NCBI GenBank assembly: GCA_035495655.1
Contig: DATJFM010000091.1
Location: 968-64,967 of the forward strand
Length of the DNA stretch: 64,000 bases
Direction: 5' to 3'
Origin: Steroidobacteraceae bacterium
Lineage (GTDB): Bacteria; Pseudomonadota; Gammaproteobacteria; Steroidobacterales; Steroidobacteraceae
Numbering within the stretch: the stretch's first letter is position 1; each line of letters begins with the position of its first letter. Below the pieces are notes generated by a model, which saw nothing but the letters and a program-made list of their open reading frames with translations, was not told the origin of the DNA and ran no database searches. Positions 21,369 to 29,704 of the stretch are shown here, one piece after another. The position numbers and the translations under genes are program-made.

Positions 21369-22681
21369 GTGGGGTCGATGCCACGCACGACCCGGCGCTG
21401 CGCAGCTGGGTCGAGAGTGCCAACACTCCGGGCACGGATTTTCCGCTGCAGAACCTGCCGTTCGGCGCGTTCCGGCGCGCCGGAACCGTGGAAGAATTTC
21501 GCGGCGGGGTAGCGCTCGGCGATTCGGTGCTCGATCTCGGCGCACTGCACGCGCTCGGGTTGTTTACTGGAGCCGCCGCCGAGGCACTGGCGCTTTGCAC
21601 CGGGCCGGTGCTGAATCCCTTCATGGCCGCGGGCCGCGACGCCAGTGCGGCTCTGCGTGCGGCGCTGTCGACCGCACTGCGCAGCGGCTCTCCGCTCGCC
21701 GCGAAACTACGCACGCTCCTCGTCCCGCAGTCGGCCGCGCAGTACCGGGTCGCGGCAAAGGTCGGCGACTTCACCGACTTCTATGCCTCGATCCATCATG
21801 CCACGGCAGTCGGACGGCTGTTCCGGCCGGACAATCCACTGCTGCCCAACTACAAGTGGGTGCCGATCGCCTACCACGGCCGCGCCTCCTCCGTGCTCGT
21901 CTCGGGTGAGTCCTTTGCGCGCCCTCACGGCCAGGTGATGCCCGCAGGCGCCACGGCTCCGGAGCTTCTCGCTACGCGCCGCCTCGACTACGAGGTCGAG
22001 GTCGGGGTGTTTGTCGGTCGGCCCAATCCCCTCGGCCAGCGCATCCCGGTGGCCGATGCCGAGCGTCATCTCTTCGGGCTGTGCCTGTTGAATGACTGGT
22101 CGGCGCGCGATGTGCAGGCCTGGGAGTACCAGCCACTCGGGCCGTTCCTGGCGAAGAACTTCGCCACCACCGTGTCGCCCTGGATCGTGACGCTGGAAGC
22201 ACTCGCGCCATTTCGCGTGCCGTGGGCGCGTCCAGCGGAAGAGCCGGCGCCGCTTGCCTACCTCGACGATGCCGGGCAGCGCCGCGCAGGTGCGATCGAT
22301 CTGCAACTCGAGGCCTGGCTCGATACCGCCGGCATGCGCGCCAAGGGAATGCCGGCACAGCGCCTGTCACACAGCTCCTTCCGCGACTCGTGGTGGACGA
22401 TCGCCCAGATGCTGACCCACCACAGCGTGAACGGTTGCAACCTCGAGCCCGGGGACCTGCTCGGGAGCGGCACGCAGTCAGGGCCTGCGCCCTCTGCCGC
22501 CGGCTCGCTGCTCGAGCTCACCGCGGGCGGTCGCCAGCCCCTCACGCTGAGTGATGGCGAAACGCGCACCTTTCTCGAAGATGGCGACCGGGTCGTGCTG
22601 CGCGGCTGGTGCGAGCGGCCGCCTTATGTGCGCATCGGCTTTGGCGAGGCTGCGGCCACCGTGCTGCCGGCGCTGCCGTGA
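21365..22681 (+). CDS. fahA: fumarylacetoacetase
   Basis: In ORF 21230..22681. GTG 21365 forms a GTGA overlap with the hmgA stop. ..[25 protein letters not shown].. matches FAH N-termini; ..[37 protein letters not shown].. Confidence 0.9.
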   Translation: MSGVDATHDPALRSWVESANTPGTDFPLQNLPFGAFRRAGTVEEFRGGVALGDSVLDLGALHALGLFTGAAAEALALCTGPVLNPFMAAGRDASAALRAALSTALRSGSPLAAKLRTLLVPQSAAQYRVAAKVGDFTDFYASIHHATAVGRLFRPDNPLLPNYKWVPIAYHGRASSVLVSGESFARPHGQVMPAGATAPELLATRRLDYEVEVGVFVGRPNPLGQRIPVADAERHLFGLCLLNDWSARDVQAWEYQPLGPFLAKNFATTVSPWIVTLEALAPFRVPWARPAEEPAPLAYLDDAGQRRAGAIDLQLEAWLDTAGMRAKGMPAQRLSHSSFRDSWWTIAQMLTHHSVNGCNLEPGDLLGSGTQSGPAPSAAGSLLELTAGGRQPLTLSDGETRTFLEDGDRVVLRGWCERPPYVRIGFGEAAATVLPALP

Positions 22682-23409
22682 GTGCTGCGCCCTGGCCGCT
22701 GGCGACCGATCGCAGTGCGCGCTCCTACCGCTACTACGACCTCATCCTCGGCGCGTACGTGTGCGTGGTGCTGTGCGCGAATCTCATCGGCGCGGCGAAG
22801 GTGGCGACGGTGCAGGTGCCGGGATGGGGCGGAGTCACCTTCATGGCGGGGGTATTGTTCTTTCCCATTTCCTACTTCTTCGGTGACATCCTCACCGAGG
22901 TGTACGGCTACGCACGCGACCGGCGGGTGGTGTGGAGTGGCTTCGCTGCGCTCGCGTTCGCGGCGATCATGTCGGTGGTGATCGTACGGCTGCCGCCGGC
23001 GGATTTCTGGCGGCCGCAACAACCGGCCGTCGAGGCGATGTTCGGCAACACCCCGCGCATCGCCTGCGGCTCGATGGTGGCGTTCTGGTGCGGCTCGTTC
23101 GTCAACAGCTATGTGCTCGCGAAGATGAAGCTGCTGACGCGCGGCCGCTGGCTGTGGACACGCACCATCGGCTCGACGCTCTGCGGCGAGCTGGTCGACT
23201 CCGGGCTCTTTTACAGCATCGCGTTCGCGGGATTGTGGCCGGCTGCGGATCTGATGGCGGTGATGCTGACGCAGTACGTGCTGAAGTCGGCGTGGGAAGT
23301 GCTCGCTACACCCGCCACCTACTGGATCGTCGGCTTCCTCAAGCGCGCGGAGCAGGAGGACTACTACGATCGCAACACCAACTTCACCCCATTCTCGCTG
23401 CGCGCCTGA
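22678..23409 (+). CDS. yhhQ: queuosine-precursor transporter (YhhQ/DUF165 family)
   Basis: In ORF 22609..23409. GTG 22678 forms a GTGA overlap with the fahA stop. ..LFFPISYFFGDILTEVYGY..GSMVAFWCGSFVNSYVLAKMK..RTIGSTLCGELVDSGLF.. Confidence 0.85.
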   Translation: MSAAPWPLATDRSARSYRYYDLILGAYVCVVLCANLIGAAKVATVQVPGWGGVTFMAGVLFFPISYFFGDILTEVYGYARDRRVVWSGFAALAFAAIMSVVIVRLPPADFWRPQQPAVEAMFGNTPRIACGSMVAFWCGSFVNSYVLAKMKLLTRGRWLWTRTIGSTLCGELVDSGLFYSIAFAGLWPAADLMAVMLTQYVLKSAWEVLATPATYWIVGFLKRAEQEDYYDRNTNFTPFSLRA

Positions 23410-23445
23410 GGTTGTGGCGCGCCGCCATCCCAAAATCCGCAGCGC

Positions 23446-23480
23446 AAAAAAAGGCGGGAGCGCAGTACCACGCTCCCGCC
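23446..23480 (-). terminator. rho-independent terminator (10-bp GC stem GGCGGGAGCG/CGCTCCCGCC, then T7 on the minus strand)
   Basis: Read directly from the sequence. Lies about 50 nt downstream of the minus-strand gene ending at 23533. The hairpin could also stop yhhQ transcription from the other side. Confidence 0.8.
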
Positions 23481-23532
23481 CGTCGTCGGATGCAAACCGA
23501 CCGGGGACCCGCGTGATTCCGCGGGCCGGTCG

Positions 23533-23874
23533 TTACTTGCCGATCTGCTTGCTGACCTGGTTCTCCTGCTGGTTGAGCGCGCGCTGTTCGGCCTTGGTAA
23601 TGTGGCCGCCGTTGGTGCTCGCCATGGTGCGCTCTTCCTGGCGGATGGCGTGATCCTCGGAGTGCAGCTTCTGCGCCTGCGCCTTGGTGATCTCGCCTTC
23701 CTTGCGCTCGGTCTTGATGCGCTTGTTCTGATTCGCGAGGCGCGCATTGACCTCTGTGCGGCGCGGATGGTCTTTCTGCCACTGCGTCTCAGCGGCCAGC
23801 GCATTGCTCGCAATGCCCGCGAGCGCCACGGCAGCGACCGCGGCGGTCACGGCGGTTCGGATGGATTTCAACAT
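23533..23874 (-). CDS. small secreted, highly charged helical protein with an internal duplicated motif
   Basis: 113 aa; signal peptide MLKSIRTAVTAAVAAVALAGIASNALA; GEITKAQAQKLHSEDHAIRQEE and GHITKAEQRALNQQENQVSKQI look like a duplication; followed by a strong terminator. Confidence 0.65.
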   Translation of the reverse strand: MLKSIRTAVTAAVAAVALAGIASNALAAETQWQKDHPRRTEVNARLANQNKRIKTERKEGEITKAQAQKLHSEDHAIRQEERTMASTNGGHITKAEQRALNQQENQVSKQIGK

Positions 23875-24102
23875 GGATCGGTCCTCCTGAAAGTAAAGTG
23901 GTCGCTATTGAGCCGGAAGCTCCGGCTACTGGGCGTTAACAACGTCGCAGCTTGCGAAGTGCCGACCTTTGTGACGGAAAGTTAACCCAACACGACAAGT
24001 GTGAACTGAGTCACATCAGTGACAGTGCGAGAGGTTGAGTAAGGCGAGATCTCGCCGTACACGAGGTGCGAAACATCCGCTGCCCAAGAGAGCGGCGCGC
24101 GC

Positions 24103-25446
24103 TCAGGCAATCGCGCGCACGGCGCGCAGGGCAGCCTCCACCTGGGTTTCGTCATTCACCAGACTTGGGGCCAGCCGGGGATATGACACCTTGTAGGGCG
24201 AGCTCGAGCCGATCACCTTGTGGCCGAGCAGCCGATGCACGGTTTCGTCAGTGGTCTGCCCTTCGATCTGAAAACAGATGATGCCCGCCGACAACTTTGG
24301 GTCGCGCGGTGTGAGCACCTTCACCTTCGGAATGCCGGCGAGTCCCTCCTTACACTGGCTGTTGAGGGCGACGATGCGTTCGGCAATGCGCTTGCGACCG
24401 ATGGCCCGGTGAAACTCGAAGGCTTCCGCCATCGCCCACTGGTGCTCGTAGGCCTTGAAGCCGCCGGGAGAAACCCATGCCGCCTGCGTCGGCGGCTTCG
24501 GAGGTTGCTGCTCTTCCCACGCCGTAAATGGCGTGGCGTTATAGAAGGTTGGGATCGTAGGTCGCAGCAAACCCCAGTTTTTTGCGGGCGCCCAGATGAT
24601 GCCGGTCCCCCGCGGCGCGAAGATCCACTTGTGGGTTCCAGCTGCCGCGAAGTCACAACCGAGCTCCGCGAGCGCTTCCTCCTGGTTACCGAAACCGTGC
24701 ACCGCATCCAGCACCACGAGCATCTGCTCGTGCTCACCGCGGCTGCGATTGGCATCGGCCACCACTTGCGTCAGGCTGCGCAACGGCAGTCTGACGCCGG
24801 TACACGAGTGCACCCAGGTAAGTCCGATGATGCGAGTGCGCGGGCGGATGGCGCGCTTGAGACGCTCTGACATCTCCTCGGCCGAGGCTGTAGCGGGTGC
24901 ATCGTATAGCGCGATGCGGCGTATGCTCGCGCCGCTGCGTTCCGCGGCGAGCCGCATGGCCTCATGGTGAACGTAGTGGTCGTGAGTTGTGGTGAGAATT
25001 TCTTCGTCCCTGTTGAGCGTCAGGCCGTTGTAGATGAGCGCGAGGCCCTGCGTCGTGCTGTCGGTGAGCGCCACCTCCTCGGGCCGTCCTCCGATATAGT
25101 CTGCCGCCGCACGCTGCACACGCTCCGGCCGGGTCTCCGCCTGGCCGCCACCGAGGAACGCCTCAAACCCCATGCCCTGCTCGACCGTGGTGAAAGGGTT
25201 GGCATCGAGCATGCGCCTGAAGCGTTCGATTGCCGCGCGCACCGGGCGCGGGTGCGACACGATGTAGAACTGAGAGAAATGCAGCCACTCGGGCGAGAGG
25301 TCGAACTCGGCGCGCACCGCCGACCAGTCCGAATAGTCCCTGGCAATTGTCGGTGTGGCGGGCTTTGACTCGGCGGCACGCGCGGCGGTGCTTGCGACAA
25401 AGGACCAACCTACGGAAGCGACGAAGTCGCGGCGGTTGACTGTCAT
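24103..25446 (-). CDS. aminotransferase class V-fold PLP-dependent enzyme with a twin-arginine (Tat) signal peptide
   Basis: 447 aa; N-terminus MTVNRRDFVASVGWSFVASTAARA (RRxFV Tat motif plus AxA cleavage site); PLP-lysine context ..AAGTHKWIFAPRGTG..; ..DAVHG.. aspartate motif. Confidence 0.85.
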   Translation of the reverse strand: MTVNRRDFVASVGWSFVASTAARAAESKPATPTIARDYSDWSAVRAEFDLSPEWLHFSQFYIVSHPRPVRAAIERFRRMLDANPFTTVEQGMGFEAFLGGGQAETRPERVQRAAADYIGGRPEEVALTDSTTQGLALIYNGLTLNRDEEILTTTHDHYVHHEAMRLAAERSGASIRRIALYDAPATASAEEMSERLKRAIRPRTRIIGLTWVHSCTGVRLPLRSLTQVVADANRSRGEHEQMLVVLDAVHGFGNQEEALAELGCDFAAAGTHKWIFAPRGTGIIWAPAKNWGLLRPTIPTFYNATPFTAWEEQQPPKPPTQAAWVSPGGFKAYEHQWAMAEAFEFHRAIGRKRIAERIVALNSQCKEGLAGIPKVKVLTPRDPKLSAGIICFQIEGQTTDETVHRLLGHKVIGSSSPYKVSYPRLAPSLVNDETQVEAALRAVRAIA

Positions 25447-25964
25447 GGCAGCTTCCCTTGAGGGCTCGAATTGTTCGGCGCAGGCGCTGATTCTACTCCG
25501 CGGCGCACCCCGCTATTTTGCCGACTGTGCGCCGGTGGGCGTGAACGGGCGAGGCAACGCCAGCGAGTGAGGCGCTCCGCGGGTCGTCGGATTGTTGGAT
25601 CCCAACTCTGGATAATTTCCACGCGAAACGGCGCAGCACGTTGCGCGACACTGCCGCAAGCAATACCGCAGCGATCCCATCAACATGGTGTTCTGAGAAT
25701 GTTGTACGCCGCGGCGTACGCGCGGCGCGCCGCGGCTGAACCGCGTGTGAACTGCGGCGGGATGCTGCGGCTGACCCCGCTTGAAACGCGCTTGCCGGCC
25801 CCCATGCCGTTCCTGCAGGGCGCCTTATGACAGTGGTCAACGACCCCCTGCCTGACTGCGTTTTAATGACTGCGAGCTTGAACGGTGACAGCGGCTGGGC
25901 GTCTAATCAATTGTCCGGCCAGCGCCCTGGAAACTGAGCTCGCGCGAAAATGGGGTGATGAGCC

Positions 25965-26954
25965 GTGCGTAAGGCGATGATCAAAGTGACTGCGCAATAT
26001 GTCATCCGAACCCTCGGCGCCGTGCTGATCGGCCTGACGGTGGCGGCTGCGCCCGCACTGACCTATGCCCAGCATAGTGGTGGCGGCGGAGGCGGCGGCC
26101 ATGCCTCGGGCGGCTTCGGCGGGGGTGGCGGGCATATGGGTGGCGGCGCGCACTTCGGCGGCGGTGGCCATGTCCTGGGCGGCAGCCCGCATTTTGGTAG
26201 CTTTGCCGGGGGCTTTGGCGGCCACAGCTACGCTCCTTCCGGCGGCCATGCTTTCGCAGCTCCCCACTACGGTGTCTCGGGGCACTCCTACGGCACGCGA
26301 TATTTCGCCCCGACCGGCCATGGCTTCACCTATACCGGGGCGCACTACGCGCGCTCGGGCTTTGTGGCGCGTCAGGGTGCCGGGTACACCAGCCGGCCTG
26401 GCACTGTCGCGCCGCACCCCGGTGTCGGCGCGCCATCCGCGACGTACTACTACGGGCATGGCGGACATGCCTGGGCAGGAGGCTACTGGCACGGAGGCTA
26501 CTGGCCACATTGCTGGTACTACCCCGGCTGGGCCTGGTACCTGCCCGTCCTTCCGGTCGGCTACGTCACCTACTGGTGGGGCGGGATGCCGTACTACTAC
26601 TACAACAGCCTCTACTACACTTGGAGCCCCGCCCAGAGCGGTTATGTGGTGACCGATCCGCCGCCAGTCGAGCAGGAGGGCGAGGGCAGCGCGGACTCCA
26701 GCGGTGCCTACGAGCAGGCGCCGCAGGAGCAGGGCGCGCAGCCAAACGGCAATGGCAGTGCAGGGGACGTCTACGTCTATCCGCGCAATGGCCAGACCGA
26801 AGAGCAGACGCAGAACGACCGCTACGAGTGCCACAGCTGGGCAGTGAGCCAGTCCGGATTCGATCCCACCCGTCCGCAGCAGACCGGTGATCCTGCCGAT
26901 TACCGGCGTGCCATGGTCGCCTGCCTCGACGCGCGCGGCTACTCGGCGCGCTGA
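25965..26954 (+). CDS. secreted low-complexity protein: His/Gly-rich region, Tyr/Trp-rich region, acidic linker and a conserved-looking two-Cys C-terminal module
   Basis: 329 aa; signal peptide ..AAAPALTYAQ; HSGGGGGGGHASGGFGGGGGHMGGGAHFGGGGH..; ..GGYWHGGYWPHCWYYPGWAWYLP..YYYYNSLYYTW..; ..YVYPRNGQTEEQTQNDRYECHSWAVSQSGFDP..YRRAMVACLDARGY. Preferred over the 416-aa antisense ORF. Confidence 0.65.
   Translation: MRKAMIKVTAQYVIRTLGAVLIGLTVAAAPALTYAQHSGGGGGGGHASGGFGGGGGHMGGGAHFGGGGHVLGGSPHFGSFAGGFGGHSYAPSGGHAFAAPHYGVSGHSYGTRYFAPTGHGFTYTGAHYARSGFVARQGAGYTSRPGTVAPHPGVGAPSATYYYGHGGHAWAGGYWHGGYWPHCWYYPGWAWYLPVLPVGYVTYWWGGMPYYYYNSLYYTWSPAQSGYVVTDPPPVEQEGEGSADSSGAYEQAPQEQGAQPNGNGSAGDVYVYPRNGQTEEQTQNDRYECHSWAVSQSGFDPTRPQQTGDPADYRRAMVACLDARGYSAR
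26079..26249 (+). repeat. GGC/CAT-rich low-complexity coding DNA (Gly/His tract)
   Basis: Codon-level repetition seen in the sequence and in the translation (G(n)H units). Confidence 0.7.
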
Positions 26955-27027
26955 CCTCCTCATCCAAGAGCTGACAGACGAGGAGGCCGCGGCGCGAACC
27001 GCGGCCTCTTCGTTTGAGCGTCCGGAA

Positions 27028-28284
27028 CTAGAAGCCGACCTGGGTAGCCGGGCCGAAAGTGCCCGGCGAGCCTGCCTTCTGTAAGAGGACCCCCGCGCTT
27101 GGTCCGTCGGCAATCGCGATGTCCGGGAGTCCGTCCCCGTTAAGGTCGGCGATCACCACCGAAAGCGGCTGCCCGAGAGCGGCGTAGTTGGTCGCCTGGA
27201 GGAACGTTCCGGGATGCGCCGGATCCTGCAGCAGGACCGAGACGCTGCCGGTGGCACCCGGCGCAAGGTTCGCCACGACGATGTCCTTGTTGTGGTCACC
27301 GTCGACATCGTCGACCGCGACATCGATCGATGCGCCCGGCGTGCTGTACGTGACCGGCGGCAGGAAGCTGCCGGGATGGATGGAATCCTGCAACAGGACC
27401 GACACGCCGGCGCTGCCTTTGCCATCGCCACCCGGCCCGAAATTCGCGACGACGATGTCAAGATGTCCGTCCCCGGTCACATCCGCGAGCTTGACCGACT
27501 GCGGCTGCGCACCGGCTGGGAAACTGACCGGCGCCTGGAACGTGCCGCGCTGCTGCGGGTTCTGGAAGAAGATCATCACCGCGCCGTTGTTGCCCGATGA
27601 ATCGAAGGTGGCCGCCACGATGTCCGGGACACCATCGTCGTTGAGATCCCCGACCGCCACCGAGGGCGTCGTCAGGCCGGTCGGGAGCTTCATCGGCGCC
27701 AGGAATTTGCCGGGGTTCGCCGGATCGGCCATCAGCACGATGACGTTGCCGCTCGAGCTCATGTCGGCGAGCACCAGGTCAGGCTTGCCATCGCCGTTGA
27801 GATCAGCGGCGACCACCTGGTTCGGCTGGCCGCCGGTGACGATGTCGACGGCGCTGTTGTAGGTGCCGGGCGTTGCTCCATGCATGAAGACCGAGACGCT
27901 CCCGCTGCCGAAGTTGGCAATCACCAGATCCGCGAGACCGGTTCCGGTGAGATTCACCGCCTGGATGCTCGAGGGATTGGTCCCAGTGGTCGAGTAATGC
28001 ACGCCGGTATGGAAGGTGCCGAGCGAGCCCGGGGTGTTGAGAATGACATCTGCGTAGCCCGGGTTCTGCGCAGCGCCTTCATCCGCCGTGGTCGCTACCA
28101 GCAGATCGGGCGCCCCGTCACCATTGGCATCGGCTACCACGATGGAATTGGGGGTGGGGATGATCGCCGGCAGGTTCGGATTGTCGTCGTTGTAGCAGCC
28201 CGCGAGCAGGCCAAGCGCCAGCGCCAATCCGCAGGCCAGGCGGCGGGAGGAGAGGGTACCGACACGATTTGGAAGAGAGTGCAT
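27028..28284 (-). CDS. FG-GAP/VCBS-repeat lipoprotein (predicted 7-bladed integrin-alpha-like beta-propeller)
   Basis: ORF 27028..28347(-) trimmed to MHSLPNRVGTLSSRRLACGLALALGLLAGC (lipobox). Seven D-x-(N/D)-x-D-G-x-x-D loops: DANGDGAPDLLVA, NLTGTGLADLVIA, DLNGDGKPDLVLA, DLNDDGVPDIVAA, DVTGDGHLDIVVA, DVDGDHNKDIVVA, DLNGDGLPDIAIA. Confidence 0.85.
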   Translation of the reverse strand: MHSLPNRVGTLSSRRLACGLALALGLLAGCYNDDNPNLPAIIPTPNSIVVADANGDGAPDLLVATTADEGAAQNPGYADVILNTPGSLGTFHTGVHYSTTGTNPSSIQAVNLTGTGLADLVIANFGSGSVSVFMHGATPGTYNSAVDIVTGGQPNQVVAADLNGDGKPDLVLADMSSSGNVIVLMADPANPGKFLAPMKLPTGLTTPSVAVGDLNDDGVPDIVAATFDSSGNNGAVMIFFQNPQQRGTFQAPVSFPAGAQPQSVKLADVTGDGHLDIVVANFGPGGDGKGSAGVSVLLQDSIHPGSFLPPVTYSTPGASIDVAVDDVDGDHNKDIVVANLAPGATGSVSVLLQDPAHPGTFLQATNYAALGQPLSVVIADLNGDGLPDIAIADGPSAGVLLQKAGSPGTFGPATQVGF

Positions 28285-28440
28285 TTTCACGGCGGGTACC
28301 TCCGTGCACTTATTCGCCCTGAATATCTGCCAACGCGTACCCCGCACCCAGGTTTACGCCGCCCGCCCCGGAAGACGCGTGGTGCACAGCGTACACTGCC
28401 ACCGGCGGGCGCGGTATACGCGCGGGTGGGGCACAGAGCC

Positions 28441-29124
28441 ATGGGGAACGTCGCACGCACGGTGTTTCTTTTCGATGTGGACAACACGCTGCTCGACAAC
28501 GATGCGGTCCAGGACGACCTGAGTGCGCACCTCGAGCGCGAGGTGGGCCTTGTGAGCCGGGACCGCTACTGGGAGATCTTCGAGCAGCTGCGCAGCGAGC
28601 TCGGTTACGCGGATTACCTCGGCGCCCTGCAGCGCTATCGGCTCGAGCACCAGGACGACCCGCAGCTGCTGCGTATCTCGTTCTTTCTGCTCGACTACCC
28701 CTTCGCCGAGCGGCTGTATCCTGGCGCGCTCACGGCACTCGCGCGTTGCCGCGAGCTTGGTCCGACGGTGATCCTCTCCGATGGCGATGTGGTATTCCAG
28801 CCGCGCAAGGTGCAGCGCGCAGGACTCTGGGATGCGGTCGAGCATCGCGTGCTCATCTATCTGCACAAGGAGCAGATGCTGCCGAGCGTCGCGCAGCGCT
28901 ATCCCGCCGAGCGCTACGTGATGGTCGATGACAAGCTGCGTATCCTCGCGGCCATGAAAAAGGTGTGGGGGCCGCGGCTCACCACGATCTTCCCGCGGCA
29001 GGGACACTACGCGCTCGATGCCCGCGAGGTTGCCGCCTATCCACCCGCGGATGTGACGCTCGAGAGCATTGCTGAGCTCGCGCACCTTCCCGCAGCCACG
29101 CTCTGTGGCGCGCGGCCAGGGTGA
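28441..29124 (+). CDS. HAD-superfamily hydrolase
   Basis: C-terminal 227 aa of ORF 27880..29124 from MGNVARTVFLFDVDNTLLDND (DxDxT motif I); ..VILSDGD.. and ..MVDDK.. later motifs. Confidence 0.8.
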   Translation: MGNVARTVFLFDVDNTLLDNDAVQDDLSAHLEREVGLVSRDRYWEIFEQLRSELGYADYLGALQRYRLEHQDDPQLLRISFFLLDYPFAERLYPGALTALARCRELGPTVILSDGDVVFQPRKVQRAGLWDAVEHRVLIYLHKEQMLPSVAQRYPAERYVMVDDKLRILAAMKKVWGPRLTTIFPRQGHYALDAREVAAYPPADVTLESIAELAHLPAATLCGARPG

Positions 29125-29144
29125 GCGGTTAGGCTTAATGGTCT

Positions 29145-29636
29145 ATGTCTTCAGACCGTCCGTGGCTTGATCAGCTGCGCGAGAGCAGCAACGCGCTTCA
29201 GGGCGTGCTCGGCGCCCTGCTCGAGGCGGAGCGGCACTTCCAACCTCCGGCTACGCCGCTGGAGCGTTTGCAACAGATCACCACCAGCCCCGAGTGGGCG
29301 TGGCTGCAACCGCTTTATCGGCTCATTGCCGATCTCGATCACGCGCTCGCGTACGCAAAGGATCTGCCGGCGAGCGAAGCCGCGGCGATCGGCGCGCATG
29401 CGCGCGAGCTGCTCACAGGCGGCGGCGGTGCCAGTGAACAGGCGTTTCTCGAACACTATCGCGCGCTGCTGCAGACCGACCCGGCGGTGGCCATTGCGCA
29501 CGCAACGGCGCTGCGCGCGCTGCAGGTGCTGCCGCCGGAGGCCGCGAACCAGTCCGAGCGGCTGCATGCCCGCCACCAGTGGAACGAACGGCGCCGGTTC
29601 CTGCGCATGGGACAAAGCGGGCGCGGAGCATCCTGA
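29145..29636 (+). CDS. hypothetical all-helical protein
   Basis: 163-aa ORF 21 nt after the HAD gene, same strand; no recognised motif. Coding status rests on position and non-extreme composition only. Confidence 0.45.
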   Translation: MSSDRPWLDQLRESSNALQGVLGALLEAERHFQPPATPLERLQQITTSPEWAWLQPLYRLIADLDHALAYAKDLPASEAAAIGAHARELLTGGGGASEQAFLEHYRALLQTDPAVAIAHATALRALQVLPPEAANQSERLHARHQWNERRRFLRMGQSGRGAS

Positions 29637-29704
29637 GGGCAGCCACCAGGATTCGTCGCCATTCGATGAGCGCGTGCAGCGCGCTCGCGGCTCAGAAGCG
29701 CAGC

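Noticed and set aside
24043-24056. Perfect 14-bp palindrome GGCGAGATCTCGCC downstream of the PLP-enzyme gene
   Set aside because: It could be a terminator stem or a binding site. There is no adjacent U-run and it occurs only once, so it is not called.
26079-26249. Possible CRISPR or tandem array suggested by repetitive DNA (also 61083..61202 and 17870..17914)
   Set aside because: The repeats are short, in-frame codon-level low complexity (Gly/His, Ala/Pro, Ser/Pro) inside CDSs. There is no repeat-spacer architecture.
25863-27113. 416-aa minus-strand ORF opposite the His/Gly/Tyr-rich protein gene
   Set aside because: It is the reverse complement of Gly codon runs, giving Ala/Pro/Arg runs. 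It has no signal peptide, motif or sensible start context. The plus frame has a signal peptide and a structured C-terminal module. Residual uncertainty is noted in the finding.
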